Position numbers and translations under genes: made by a program | The notes under the pieces: model-generated | What the model was told of the DNA's origin: nothing | Database searches by the model: none | The model's input: only the letters and a program-made list of their open reading frames with translations | From: Octopus vulgaris | Taxonomy: Eukaryota | Assembly (NCBI GenBank): GCA_951406725.2 | Contig: OX597830.1 | Location: 40,982,001 to 41,046,000 of the forward strand | DNA length: 64,000 bases | Reading direction: 5' to 3' | In this document: one piece after another, positions 50,856 to 64,000 of the stretch | How the letters are laid out: each line of letters starts with the position of its first letter | Position numbering within the stretch: position 1 is the first letter of the stretch

Positions 50856-51200
50856 TCATCATCATCATCATCATCATTATCATTTAATGTCTGTTTTCCA
50901 TGCTGGCATGGATTGGATAGTTTGACAGGAGCTGGCAAGCCGGAGAGCTGCACCAGGCTCCAATTATCTGTTTTGAAATGGGTTTCTATGGCTAGATAGA
51001 TGCCTTTCCTAATACCAACCACTTTACAGAATGTATCAGGCACTTTTTACGTGGCACCAGCTTGGGTGCTTTTTTTTATATGGCACCAGCTCAGGTGTTT
51101 TTTTATGTGACACCAGCTCAGGTGCTTTTTTTATGTGACACCAGCTCAGGTGCTTTTTTTTATGTGACACCAGCTCAGGTGCTTTTTTACATGGCACATG
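50856..51200 (-). mobile_element. SINE-C with five ~28-29 bp tandem units (51050-51197)
   Basis: (CAT)n tail, core, then repeated caccagctcaggtgctttttttatgtga. Confidence 0.88.
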
Positions 51201-51329
51201 GGCTGTCTGTCCATGTGTAAAAATGTCAAGTCATAGTATCAAATGTGAGACACTTTCTGCCATTAAGGTTTCTGTGATCCAGTTGCAGGTATCAACTGAC
51301 CAGTTTCCTCAAATTCTGTTTAATGACAT

Positions 51330-52050
51330 CCTTTTATCTCAGTTGAAGGGTGAGGGCTACCATGACTTCTCATACAGCTGCACAGCTGTAAATTCATCTT
51401 GATAACCAAGTTTTTCCTTTCTTTAAACAAGCCCAAAGCCATTAGAGCTTTTACTGTACTAATATTTCTCTCACTCTAAGGGACTTGCCTTTGTTTAGGA
51501 CAATAGTGTTCCAGACACTGTCTTTCCAGTTCATGAACTTTCTCAGGTGTTTTGTCACGAATGCATTAATCTTTTTGTTTATCTGTCTGCTGTTTATCTG
51601 TCTGCTGTATAACAGCCATGTCACTGATCTGTAAAATGGGGTGGTTTGTACTATTGCTCAGTATACTTTGTACTTCTCTTGTATTGCAATTAGCTTGTTC
51701 TAAATTCCCTTTCTCGATAATCTAAATGATGAGCTAGCTGCCTTGCTTATCTTGTAATCTAGATCATTGCTGAGCCTGCCATCATTATTGCTTGTTCTAC
51801 CTAGATAGACAGATAAAGTGAATTTTCTCTATCAGCTTCTTTCTATCCTTCAATAGTTATGGGCCCTGATTGTACTACTTGGTTTGTATCAAGGTTCAGA
51901 ACTGTAGTCTTCTGGTTACTAATACTCAAGCCAGAGTTTGTGGTTTCATTGCCAAAAGTATTTACCAAGTTTTGCCTGTTCTCTGTACTTTGAGAAATAA
52001 ATGTACAATCATTGGCAAACAACATTTCTCTTGCTTATATATGCAATCTC
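51330..52050 (-). mobile_element. Decayed RTE-clade LINE reverse-transcriptase fragment
   Basis: LFANDC (from LFADDC)...GLSISNQKTTVL...PITIEG...YLGRTSNNDGRLSNDLDYKISKA; many disruptions. Confidence 0.8.
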
Positions 52051-52848
52051 TTGTGTAGAACTGAAGTAAACCCTATGTAACAAAAGAAATAAAAAGCATG
52101 CTGGCCCATTTAGAAATCTTTCTTATCTTCAACGTGGTGTGGCCAAGCTAGACCCAGCAAACTACTCTCCTGCTGTCTGCAGAGCTAGCAAGGGAGTCTC
52201 AAAGTTGTCACTAAAAATGGCAGTCAAATCTCCCTCTAATTACATCCTTCACAGCTTATGAAAGGTTTGGATAAAATGGTTTGGATTTACAGTGCTTAGG
52301 AAAAAGATGGGATGGTCATGGCTGGAAAGCCATTGATTTATAGATCTACCCAATTGAGGCTGAACTGGGACTAAACACCCCTTACCACAGCTACCACTGC
52401 TGACTACAATATGGTGACCTTATGTTCTAAATCCTATATGTTACAACATCATTATATAAGACATACTAATTATGGATAGGTCAATTTGCTGTATCTTCAT
52501 TTCTTGTTACCCTTTCTGTTATGATGTCTGTTCAACTATGATATTCAGTATAAAAACTCTCACCCAATTGTTGAAGTATTTTTTTTTAATAAGCTGGAAT
52601 AAAAGGGCAGCGAAGTTGACAGAAACGGTAGAATTCTGGACTAAATTATATACTAATCTACTAATATAATTGCCAGCTTGTCTCTTTTTCTTTCTCCCTC
52701 TCTTGTTCTGTCCCTCTTGACATGTGCAATCAAAGGCAATTAGCAGCTATGATACTTTTACTATCTCTGTATTTCATTAAAATACTGACAAGTCATTTAG
52801 TTAACTGTCCACCCCCCACCACATATGTATGGTCTATGTGTGTATGTA

Positions 52849-52910
<62 letters not shown>

Positions 52911-53444
52911 TATATATATGTATATATATATAGGTGTGTGTGTGTATATATATTTTATGTTTTGTTGTTTGAAGTATTTTAATATTTATGAAAGGATAAT
53001 GAAGAATGTATATTTTATTCAATTAATCCCTTTTAAATAAATAGTTTGCTGCCAAGCAATTAACCGTAAAACCGAACATTTATCACTTGTGCTTTTTCCA
53101 TGGGTACACATTACTCATAGTGTAATAGAGTTTTTCTCTTTTTATGTTCCAAGTTCAAATCCTACTCAGGCCTTTCATCTGAACAAGGTTGATTAAATAA
53201 ATACTGCTAGTAGAATAAATACTCGAGTTGATTCAATGGCCACTACAACCATCCATGTAATTTGTACAAATATTTCAAACAGCACAACATCGCTAGTTTC
53301 CTCAGATTCTGTTTCACTCTAATTTGTAACCTCGTGCAACCAACGTAAGAAATCTATAATTGGAAGTGATTGTCTCATATTAAAATTTTGTTGAGTTTTT
53401 TTTTCTTTTTCAAATTTGTTTTCTCTTTTAAGTCATTGTGTACA

Positions 53445-53445
<1 letters not shown>

Positions 53446-53511
<66 letters not shown>

Positions 53512-53671
53512 TTCTCTCTCTTGTTCTGTCTGTATATAGGTGTGTGTGTATCAGAATATACATATACACATGTATACATATGTGTATACAGATGTATATA
53601 GATATATGTATGTGCACTCACATACACATACACACACGTGTGTGCACATATTTGTATATATGTATGTATAT

Positions 53672-53725
<54 letters not shown>

Positions 53726-53835
53726 GTATATTATATATGAATATATGTGTATGATGTGTGTATATATATATGTGTGTATATATGTGTGTGTTTGTATATA
53801 TATAAATATAATATATATATATATATATATATTCA
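53446..53835. repeat. (TA)n and (TA/TG) microsatellites
   Basis: Directly visible; similar tracts at 52835-52950 and 54175-54560. Confidence 0.96.
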
Positions 53836-54385
53836 TGTATGATTCCATCTGAGATTAATCTCAATGTAAGAGTCTATTATGCCAAACCAAAAAGCAGAAT
53901 TTTATCAAATCAGGAAAAAAAAAAAGTCTGATATAGATTCTCCTCTCCACCTCTCTCTATTTCATAAGTGGTGATTCAGAAACTGTTGTTGTGTTTCAAT
54001 AACATCATTTCTATGATAAGAAAACAAAGGCAAGGCTTGTAATTGAATACAATGTAAAAGTGCTGCAAACAAGCTAAGAGAAACAGTATCTAAGTGGAGA
54101 TAATCCATGAGAGTTAGAGAGCAAAAGCGACCACTGCTGTAGTTATGGTGTATGTCATTCTTAACAAATTTCCTAATATATATATATATATATAGTGTGT
54201 GTGTGTGTATGAATGTATATTTGTATGTGCATATATGCATATGTAATAGTTATGTATGTTTATGCTTGTATATACTTATATGCATGTATTTGTGTGTGCG
54301 TATCATCATCATCATCGTTTAGCGTATGTGTATACATATGTATATCAATATTGTAGGAGTTGTTTGTGCTTTCATAAGTATGTTG

Positions 54386-54429
<44 letters not shown>

Positions 54430-54879
54430 AACGTATATATGAGTTTAGATGTGTATATGAACACACCCACACCCACACATGCATGTATATGTATGCATAT
54501 TTATGTTTATATGTATGTATTTTTGTGTGTATATATATATGTGTGTTTGTATGTTTATTGTATGTATTTGTGTGTCCATATAAACATACATACAGAAGTT
54601 GATATAATATTATATCCATTTAGCCATGAATAACTGATGACATTTTCCATTGTTTCTTACTGGATTTTGTGTTCCAATTTCATTCTGGTTACAATATGAA
54701 CATCATGACAAATACAAATTCTCAATAAGGATTTTCTCATTTTCTTATTCCCTTTCTCTCTCTGTCCCCCTTTCTCTCTGGCTGGGTAACTATGTACTTC
54801 TCCTACAGCAAGACACCTGTGTCTGTCTCTCTTGCTCACTATAACCTTTCATCATCTGACACAAGATCTCCTCTTCCAA

Positions 54880-55223
54880 TTCTCCCTCTCATCTTAAAAG
54901 ACCCTTCTCTTGCAAGTTATTTGGTGACCCTGCTGGTGCTGGTGCCACTTAAAAAGCATTCAGTCCACACTGTAAAGTGGTTGGCATTTGGATGGGCGTC
55001 CAGCTGTAATAACTATGGTAATCTGACCTCGCCTGTGCTTGTGCCATGTAAAAAGCATTCAGTCCTCTCTGTGCAGCGGTTGGTGTTAGGAAGAGCATCT
55101 AGCTATAAGAACCCTGCCAAAACAGATACAGAAGTCTGGTGCAGGCTCCTGCCTGGCCAGCTCCTGTTAAACCGTCCAGTCCATGTCAGCATGAAAGGCA
55201 GACATTGAATGATGATGATGATG
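54880..55223 (+). mobile_element. SINE-C with duplicated core and (GAT)n tail
   Basis: aaaagcattcagtcc...ggttgg...cagct occurs twice. Confidence 0.8.
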
Positions 55224-55285
55224 TCTCTTTAAATATCTATAGTGCTGTAGACATACACATATATGTAATCTCAATGCCTGGGTGC

Positions 55286-56114
55286 TTAACCCTTTCACTG
55301 TGGAATTAAATTTCATGGTTATTCCAGTAATGATGTTAAATGTCTACCAAAAAATAGAAAACTGGTGCTTTCTCTAAGCCATGTTGCCTCAATAGGCTTG
55401 ACAACAGAAACTAGTTTCAAACATGACATTCTTCGACGGTCATTCGGAATGCTCACAGCAGCCATATTCCTACCGCTCTATGTCATGCTGGTGAGACCCA
55501 TATTGGAGTACGGGATTCAAGCCTCTTCTCCTTATCTCCTCAAAGACATACAGTATCTCGAAAGAGTCCAGAAGCTGGCTACCTGCATGGTTCTTGGTCT
55601 CAAGAATTTGTCTTATGAAGAAAGGCTGAAGACGCTTGACCTTTATTCTCTAGAAAAACGCCGCCGCCGTGGAGATCTCATTCTTGCTCACAACATCATA
55701 AGCAGAAAGTGTAAACTCTCAAAAGAGCCTGTTCTTCACTCCTGCTCCAGAGTGTCGGCTGCGGGGTCATTCCGAAAAGCTCTATCTGCGACGATTTCAT
55801 CTCAATCGAAGGAGAGGGGCTTTCTCCGTCCGGGTTGCGGATCCGTGGAATAAGCTGCCAGACAAGATGGTGAAGGTGCTGACGACCGCTCGGTTCAAAG
55901 TCTCCCTTGACCTCAAGTGGCCTGAACTCTTTACATGAACACCACCCTGTACATAACTCCATGTCCCCCTTCATGGCCTTGCTTTTTGCTTTTTGAGCCA
56001 AAAGATTAACTAACTAACTAACAAAAGATAGATTGATATACAAAACTACTCTCCACAGTTAAGGGTAATGAAATTTTGAGTGGATGTATCTGATTTCCAC
56101 AGTAAAAGAGTTAA
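55286..56114. mobile_element. Third TTAA MITE enclosing the CR1 fragment
   Basis: ttaaccctttcactgtggaa is nearly the reverse complement of ttccacagtaaaagagttaa. Confidence 0.7.
55430..56022 (+). mobile_element. 5'-truncated CR1-clade LINE (ORF2 C-terminus, 3' UTR, (TAAC)n tail)
   Basis: LYVMLVRPILEYG...LERVQKLAT...LSYEERLKTLDLYSLEKRRRRGDLI; a frameshifted continuation reads RGH...FSVRVADPWNKLP; CpG-rich. Confidence 0.92.
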
Positions 56115-56239
56115 GGGGTTCACTTCTGAATTACAAGTCTTCAGGTTTGATCCTGTTGTATGGAACCTAAGAAGTGACCAAAGTCTAGTGAAAGTAATTT
56201 AGTATTCAAAAACTTTGAGAACCCATTGGATGGACTGGG

Positions 56240-56612
56240 ACCATGTGGTCTCAGGTTCAGTCCCACTGTGGGGCTCCTTGGGCAAGTGTCTTCTACTATG
56301 GCCCAGGGCTGACCAAAGCCTTGTGAGTGGGTTTAGTAATCAGAAACTGAAAGAAGCCTGTTGTGTGTGTGTGTATGTCTCCTTGTTTTGACATTGCATC
56401 ATAGCTGTAAATAAATGTCACTGTCATAGCAGCAGTGTCTTTCATTTCCAGTATTCTGTGCATGCGTGTCCGGGCAATGGAAAATACTACCTTACTTGAA
56501 AACAGGTAAGGGTTGGTGACAGGAAGGGCATCCAGATATAGAAAATCTACTTTAGTATACTCCATCCAACCCTTACAAGCCTGGAAAAGCGGATGTTAAA
56601 ATAATGATGATA
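56240..56612 (+). mobile_element. Composite SINE: SINE-B head + SINE-C-like tail
   Basis: ccttgggcaagtgtcttctactat...(TG)n...ggttggtgacaggaagggcatccag...gatgat. Confidence 0.82.
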
Positions 56613-57019
56613 GTTTATACATTCATAGATTTCAGTTTTTTTTTCTTCTCCCTCCTAAGAAACCATAATCATTGCATCTTATTTTTCTCTTCCCTTCAGT
56701 TTTGTAATATTAATTTGAATAGTTTCAATTATGAACCACCAATCTATTTATTCATTCAATATTTGTGTATGTGACAATTGTATATTAACTTATTGTGTGT
56801 GTGTTTGTGTGTACATACACACATGAGACACTTTTATGAAAACTATATTACTCTAATATATATATGTATATATATGCATGCACTTAAACATGCAAACACA
56901 TGCACATGGATTATTGACAACTAGGGTATTTTTGCCCAAACTGATAAATGGATAGATGAATGTTTTTTTTCTCTAGCTGTTTTGATTACCACAAAGAATG
57001 GAGAGCAAGTGATATAACA

Positions 57020-57240
57020 TTGCATTTAAGGTGAAAAAGAGGCTGATATAGTTCTAGAAAATTGCCTCTTTGCTTTCTCTTTTCATTGAAAAGATAGGTT
57101 GGTGTACAATGAATGCATGTGTGACAAATGTGTTGTTGTGTGGCAGTGAAACATGATAAGTGAAGATAAAGGACCAGTAGCAACTGGAGTGGCATGAACT
57201 AAAAATACTATATGTAACATGTTACACACACAATGTAAAT
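57020..57240 (+). mobile_element. Highly decayed RTE-like LINE fragment
   Basis: gtacaatgaatgcatgtgtgacaaatgtgttgttgtgtggcagtgaaacatg resembles YNACVxxVLLYGSETW. Confidence 0.5.
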
Positions 57241-58195
57241 TTGAAAGGCAGACTGAGTTGCTAAAGTGAGTTGTAAAACAAAAATATCAAAAGAAGAAAC
57301 AAAAACAAAAATAAAGAAAACTGCAACTTGGTATTAGAGGTTTTAATCACCATATTCTTACCAGCTCTGACAATTGTAACGATAGAGACAAGTGATAAGA
57401 ATTAGTTGAGGATAAATGTTGCACGAAAAATTGCTGTAAGCTGGTAAGACGACCATTGATATCTTAAAAGGAGGGTGTGTAGATCAGATTTTTAGAACGA
57501 TAACATTAATGTTAAGTAAAATATTGAGCCAGATGGGTTGAAGTTTTTTTGTTTCTTTTCACATATTCTCCATCATAAGGGTATGATATCAAGAATGTTC
57601 CAGGAATGCACTGTTAAAAGACATGCAAAAAAAAAAATTAAGGATTTCAAAAAATTTTCTTTTGTACTTAAATTATTCCGTGTAGTTAAATGTTGGCAAT
57701 ATATCAACAGTTGAGCTAAGCTGAGGTACATTACAGAGGCCTTATGATCTGTACCATTCTCCCAAAGAACTGAATATTCACATAGCAGTAATACATTGGG
57801 GGACAGCAAGCTACATCACAAAGTTAAACGGCAAAGCTGTATCACCTAACCAACACAGAGAGTATTACTTGCACTATTATAGTAATGCTACAATTGAATA
57901 TCGCAAATTATTTATTTAATATTTTTTTTATTAATATTTAATTAAATTAGGACTGGTTAAACATAAATTCTTAATCTATTTCACATTCTTTTCACTGTTT
58001 ATAAATACAATGTACTGCAATTTAAAAACATTAGATATTTATTTCGTACGGAATAATCTTCCAAGATTACCCTATTAAATCGTTCAACACCCAATATTTC
58101 AATACCCATGATTTCCTCTGCTTTGTATACAATCATGGGGAAAGCAAACAAACAATAAATCAATGACGATGAAGATAATAATCATTTGCATATGT

Positions 58196-58197
<2 letters not shown>

Positions 58198-58256
<59 letters not shown>

Positions 58257-58323
58257 TGCATGCACATACACCCTCCCTTAGTATTCCTATATACTTGCAA
58301 ATACCACCACCACCACCATACCC

Positions 58324-58370
<47 letters not shown>

Positions 58371-58537
58371 GCTACTGCTGCTGCTACTACTACTACTACT
58401 ACTATTACTACTACTACTGCTACTGCTGCTGCTGCTGCTACTACTACTACTACTACTACTACTACTTAGCCAGCATCACCACCATCTCTGGTTCTAAAAG
58501 GAAGTTTTTCTCCCAGAATACATTATCCATTTTCATC

Positions 58538-58583
<46 letters not shown>

Positions 58584-58734
58584 ATGTGTTCACATAGGGG
58601 GGAGGTGTGTGTACATGTGTGCATGTGTATATAACCGCAGTAATCTTATCTCTTATAAATACTACAGTTGATCTCTCTCTCTCACACACACATGCTTAGT
58701 AGGTTTATACATGTTTATGTTTGAAAGAACATAA

Positions 58735-58784
<50 letters not shown>

Positions 58785-58969
58785 ATATAATGATTTTTGT
58801 TATTTGCAGAGAATACTTATTGCTTCTTTGTTTTTGTTTTTTTTTTTAATTCTTTTTCATTTTATTGTGTATTTAAATAAAAAAAAAAGACAAATAGCTT
58901 GTCAGCACAGTTTAAATGTAAGTTGTTGAAGTCTTGAGAAGAGAAAACAAGAAATAAGAGAAGCAAATG

Positions 58970-59047
<78 letters not shown>

Positions 59048-59215
59048 GTGTGTGTGTGTGTGTAGATAGATAGATAGAGAGAGGGGTGGAGAGATAGATA
59101 GATAGAGAGAGGGGTGGAGAGATAGATAGATAGAGAGATGAATAGAGAGGTGGATAGAAAGATGGATAGAGAGGAGGATAGATAGATAGCTAGATAGACA
59201 GACAGACAGATAGGT
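58198..59215. repeat. Microsatellite cluster: (CA)n, (TAC/TGC)n, (TG)n, (GATA)n
   Basis: Directly visible; a further (CAC)n(TAC)n tract at 60101-60199. Confidence 0.96.
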
Positions 59216-59586
59216 GGGTGATGGTGTAGGTGGCTGGTTGGTAGTGAACATTCACTGTCTACTGTACAAGTTAATCTTACTTTATTTATCTGTCTGGTGA
59301 GATGGATACAAGTAGATATAAAGATAATAAGAGCTGCAGGTTCCTGCTGTACTTATGACATTCATATATTATTAACTTGTATATAACATAATCTGTCTCA
59401 GAATTTCAGCGAAAAGTTCCAAACCTGAAAGGCCTATAGGCTAATAGTTTCAAGACCAAAGTGCTAAGTTAGTAAGAAGAGAGCACAAAATCCCAGTGTA
59501 ATCTGGGAAATAGCTTTGGTTTCTATGTCCTTCATGCATATGCAGTTGCTACAGTAAAGATGAAGTGGGGTCTATAAAGGACTGAC

Positions 59587-60006
59587 GGATCTTTTCGGTT
59601 TGAACGGCAGTTTTTTCTAGCGGTGTCATATGAAATTGTCACCCATAATTATGACCCTAGTATTGATCTATTGCATTTCAATCTGTTTTAGGGTTAGGGT
59701 TTGTTAGGGTTGGTTAGGATTGGGGAGAAAGGTATTTTTTTTTCTTCAGAAATGTAAATAAACCCAATCTGTTTCTTAAACGAGGGACATATTCATAGGG
59801 CACAGAATGTTTTCACCTCAATAGATGTATTTGATTGGTTGAAATTGCAGAAAAAAACAACAAATATCTTACAAACTATAGAATTTTCTCAATAAAGCCA
59901 AGAGAAAAAGATGTTTTATAAACACATTCTACCAGTATACGAAGTTTAAAATTTTTTAGTTACCTAGAAATTATGTTAAAAACTGCCATTCAAACTGACA
60001 AATGCT
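59587..60006. mobile_element. ~420-bp MITE carrying telomere-like TTAGGG repeats
   Basis: TIR ggatcttttcggtttgaacggcagttttt / aaaaactgccattcaaactgacaaatgc; ttagggttaggg at 59688-59699. Confidence 0.72.
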
Positions 60007-60135
60007 GGCATGCTTGTGGTGGTTAACTCCACTTTGCAAAGATTAATCCATCGCTTGACTTAACAGCACCACCTGATCTTTCAACACCTGACACCCCCCC
60101 CTACTACTACTACCACCACCACCACCACCACCACC

Positions 60136-60199
<64 letters not shown>

Positions 60200-60344
60200 T
60201 CTTTAAAACACTACTCTTCCAACTCAGACTAGAAAAAGATATGAAAAGAAAAGCATATACGAAAATAGCAGCAGATCAATAATCTCGTTAGTCCCAAATA
60301 CTGTGTTGAAATGATCAGCACCAGAGATAAGGGTAGCAGAATAG

Positions 60345-60465
60345 TAATAGTTTTGGGTTCAATCCTACTGTGATACCCTGGGTTAAAATGTTACCTGTAG
60401 CCCCAGGCCAACCAATGCCTTGTGAGTGTAATTTGTTGATGAAAACTGTATAGAAGAGAATTGTA
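60345..60465 (+). mobile_element. SINE-B head, diverged
   Basis: gggttcaatcctactg...ccaatgccttgtgagtg...gaaaactgt. Confidence 0.65.
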
Positions 60466-61425
60466 TGTGTGTGTGTGTGTGTGTGCGTGTATGTATGTAT
60501 ATATGCATGCATGCATGTGTGTGTGTGTGTGTGTGCGTGTATGTATGTATGTATATATGCATGCATGCATGTGTGTGTGTGTGCTGGTGTGCATCCTTGT
60601 AATTCCTTAATTTCAAATTCAAATTTCTAATCTCATCTAGGGGATAACACGTGTATGTGTGTGTGCGTGTGTATGTGTGTGTGTGTGTATTTATTTATAT
60701 ACATTTATATCCACATAAATATGTTCATAAATACTCATCATATGTGTGTCTGTGTTAGAGAGATAGATAAAGCGTGCACATATGTGCATGTGTGTGCATG
60801 TGTGTTGTTTGTATGTTAATATACGACTGGTAGGAAATGTTCTTGCTCCAAATATTGTCTCATTTATGTTGAAGGAACATTTATACTGAATAAGTGGACG
60901 TCTGATCGAAGATCATTTCTTCTTTTCCGAATGTGCAAAACTATATTATCCAATATAGTCTTCTTTTCTTTTGAGAAAATTTTGTAGCTATTTCTAGCAG
61001 TTTGAGTGATCATGTAGTGGCTTCCCATGCTAGTTATGTTTAATATTCAGCACTTGGAAACAATTTTGTGCTGCAAATAAATGATGTTTCTTACCATACT
61101 ATTTGTGCATTATCACTCCTTGCATTAAATATATATAGACATATATGCACTAAGAATTTAATTTGCTATTTCTCTCTCTCTATATATATTATCATAACTT
61201 GTGCAATTACACAAGCTCACCCATGAAACCAAATAATTTTCCTGTTGCTAGCCTTGGGGCCTAATTACTGACACTCAAACCTCTGAAATATAAATTATTG
61301 GTCCTTTTGATTATAGATCTTATTTCTTGAAGCCTTTCTTTTGAATTTGCTGTGAGAATCAGGTCATTTGTTTATGTAATTGGTTCATAGCTTTCGATAT
61401 TTGCTACATCAATGAAAACTTTTAG

Positions 61426-61468
<43 letters not shown>

Positions 61469-62574
61469 GTTGCAAATACTTCCTTTCGTTAGTATAGAAA
61501 TGATGATAAGGAAATGTGTCTATACGTGATGAATTTCAACTCTCTTGAGTACAACCACATTTTGCTCTCCTTTCCTTTTTCCTCTTAAGATGTAGGGCCT
61601 CTCTTCATGAACCTTCGCTATGAGGAATACATGCACCAGAATGGCAAGACTAAGACTTCACATATCAGACAGTGATGGCACTTCAGTGAAGGACACATCA
61701 CATGGGTAACCGCTCCCACCTGTACTACACTCTTCTGTGTACCCTGTTTGGTGAGAAAAACCATTAAAATGGCAGTGGGATGAAAACCTGGCCACTGGTT
61801 TTAAATGAAGGCCAATGAAGGTCAAAAAATGAATGAACTCAGGAGAGTCAAAGGCCGTCCAATAATTTGTATGCATGTGCATATGTATGTATTTATGCAC
61901 ATCTATATATGCACATATATGCATGTGTATGTATAAGTGTAGTTATGCACAGGCATCTCAGCATCATCATCATTGTTTAACATCCGTTTTCCAAGCTGGT
62001 GTGGGTTGGATGGATATCTATATATATATATACTTTGTTTTTGGATTTGGTTTGCAAGATTCCTCATGTGAGTTCGTGTGTTGAAGCATATTTTGTTGTG
62101 TCTAGGGAGAGTCAGTCTCTTTTAGTGCTTTATTATTCAACATACTCACCGGTAAGGTTTCTGCTCATTTACTTATTTACTTTTCCTAAAATTTGCGTTG
62201 CATTTTGCAACCTTTTCAATAGGTGTTGACTCTGCCTGTTATATGTACAGGAGGATACTTTTACAAAAACTTGTCGATATAGACTCTTATCAATGCTTAG
62301 AATATTGTCATTGCATTTCAATTTCAGTAGATTATATCGAATCACTTTAAACACCGACACCTTATTCTTGAGTGGATTGTGTGTCTATGTCCAAGTAAAA
62401 TGTTTGTGAAAGAGCAGAAATGGGTTAAATCACAGTGTGTTTATTTCAAAGAAAGAGAAGAGGTTCATGAGAATGAGGAAAGTTTAAGATTTCACAGAAA
62501 CTTTATATCTTATATATGTCACTTTTGTCAATAGTCGGTACGTGACTGGCCTGGTTCTCTGTTGATTACCACGA

Positions 62575-62872
62575 TGAGCAGTGCAGTTGACCTAATCAAT
62601 GAAAAAGCCTGCTCGTGAAATTAGCATGCATGTGGTTGAGTACTCCACAGACACATGGTACCCTTCACGTAGTTCTCTGAGAGATTCAGCATGACACAGA
62701 TTGTGACATAGCTGGCCCTTTGGATTACAGGTACAATTCATTTTTGCCAGCCTAGTGGACTGGAACAATGTGAAATAAAGCAATGTGATATAAATGCATG
62801 TCTGGGAATTGAACTCTGGGCTCAATAATCATGAGCCAAATGCTCTAACCACTAAGCTATGCCACCTCTACA
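62575..62872 (-). mobile_element. tRNA-headed SINE (SINE-D-type head, different 3' part)
   Basis: Reverse complement starts gaggtggcatagcttagtggttagagca...gagttcaattccc; its 3' part recurs at about 27460-27520. Confidence 0.7.
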
Positions 62873-64000
62873 TTGAGAGATTATTGTATTGTTATTGTTG
62901 TTGTAGAATAAATAGTTCGTGAAGTCTGTTAACCACTCATTCAATATTCATTCTGTTGATTATTAAATTCAGGCTTTCATTATTTCAATTAGTTTTGTAC
63001 ATTTGAATGTGTTATGATCCTTGTTGTTAGCCTTAATGACGGGCATATTTTATTTGAAGTAGCTGTGACTCCCATTTGTTCGCTAGACTGACAACAAACG
63101 GCCAGGAATTATCTAGAAAAGAGATGTTTATACGAAAGAGAGATAGAAAGAGAAAAGTAGGAAGGAGAAAACACTATAGTATATACACATGCTAATGTAT
63201 ACGTGCTCATCAGCATATTACATGAATTAACAAAAGCCTATGTGGGAGCCGTATCTGGTCATTCACCCTGCTAAAAATAGCAGCTAAATTCTCTCGAATT
63301 ATATCCTTTCATCTTAAAACAAAATAGGAAGGTCTTATTGGGCAATGTTGTTCTAGATGGGATTGTCACTTCTGGAATATTCTTAATCTTACAAGTGCTC
63401 AATCAAGGTTGACCTGAGGCTAAACTGCAACAGGATGCAACAAAATATCCCAACAAGAGTAAACTAATAAAATTCTTCTTCATCATCATCATCATCATCA
63501 TCATCATTTAGTGTCCATTTTCCATGTTGGCATGGGTTAGACGAGCTTGCTACAAGTATTATCATTTTACTTTTTGGTCACAATGATGATAAGTGCCATT
63601 GGCTTCTTTTTTTTTTATCAAATATTAGCTCTCTGTTGTATTAGTACTTCGAACATCCTATCAAGGACTTGACTGTGCGATGTGTCCTTTTTTTCTTTCT
63701 TTAAGCATAGCCACTCACCAATGGAAATGTCTAACGACACTGAATTGCCAACCCATACTTTAGCACATATTTTGTACCCCTGTTTAGCATCCCTGTTCTA
63801 AATTTAATCCACAATAGGATTAGTCTTGCCTTTTAACTTCCTATGTTGGTGTATCAAGCACCAGCAACAGCTCAAGGTCAGTTTATTTGTGTATATTTAT
63901 GTCTTCTAAAAAGAAATCAATACTTTTGCTTATATTCTCATGTTACCATGCATTTGATAGCTCTATAAATTTAAATATTAGAAGCAAGTATTTTATAGCT

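Noticed and set aside
51050-51197. CRISPR-like array of ~29-bp partly palindromic repeats (also 35800-36078)
   Set aside because: No unique spacers, no cas genes, animal context; these are internal tandem units of SINE-C.
61590-61865. GC-richer block with an 88-aa minus-strand ORF
   Set aside because: The plus strand has LKWQW and RRVKGRP fragments suggesting decayed LINE; too degraded to call.
62030-62375. Possible Penelope-like terminal repeat with hammerhead ribozyme
   Set aside because: No CTGANGA...GAAA core found, and only one copy in the window.

Overview
AT-rich animal genomic DNA made up mostly of compound (TA/TG/CA/GA/TAA/TAC) microsatellites, several tRNA-headed SINE families, TTAA- and 8-bp-TSD MITEs, and decayed fragments of RTE, CR1, R4/Dong and Tc1/mariner (DD37D-like) elements. 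From recall of published octopus SINEs, not from a search, the repeat set looks like Octopus (coleoid cephalopod). The window reads as a large intron or intergenic interval. I recognise no intact host gene, RNA gene or CRISPR array. Almost all ORFs in the track are microsatellite or SINE read-through, and the only recognisable protein signal is transposon debris. I found no new protein-coding system. Best leads: (1) a complex microsatellite copied in inverted orientation into a nearby SINE; (2) several near-perfect 17-18 bp snap-back hairpins; (3) an R4/Dong fragment sitting in a SINE's (TAA)n tail; (4) a MER1-like hAT element with an exact TSD holding five nested SINEs; (5) a few unproven splice-signal candidates (3/7-nt microexon, 57-nt exon, AG|GTAAGT site, 198-nt minus-strand exon). 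SINE-A to SINE-D are my own labels. Repeat boundaries were read by eye and are approximate (about +/-20 nt).
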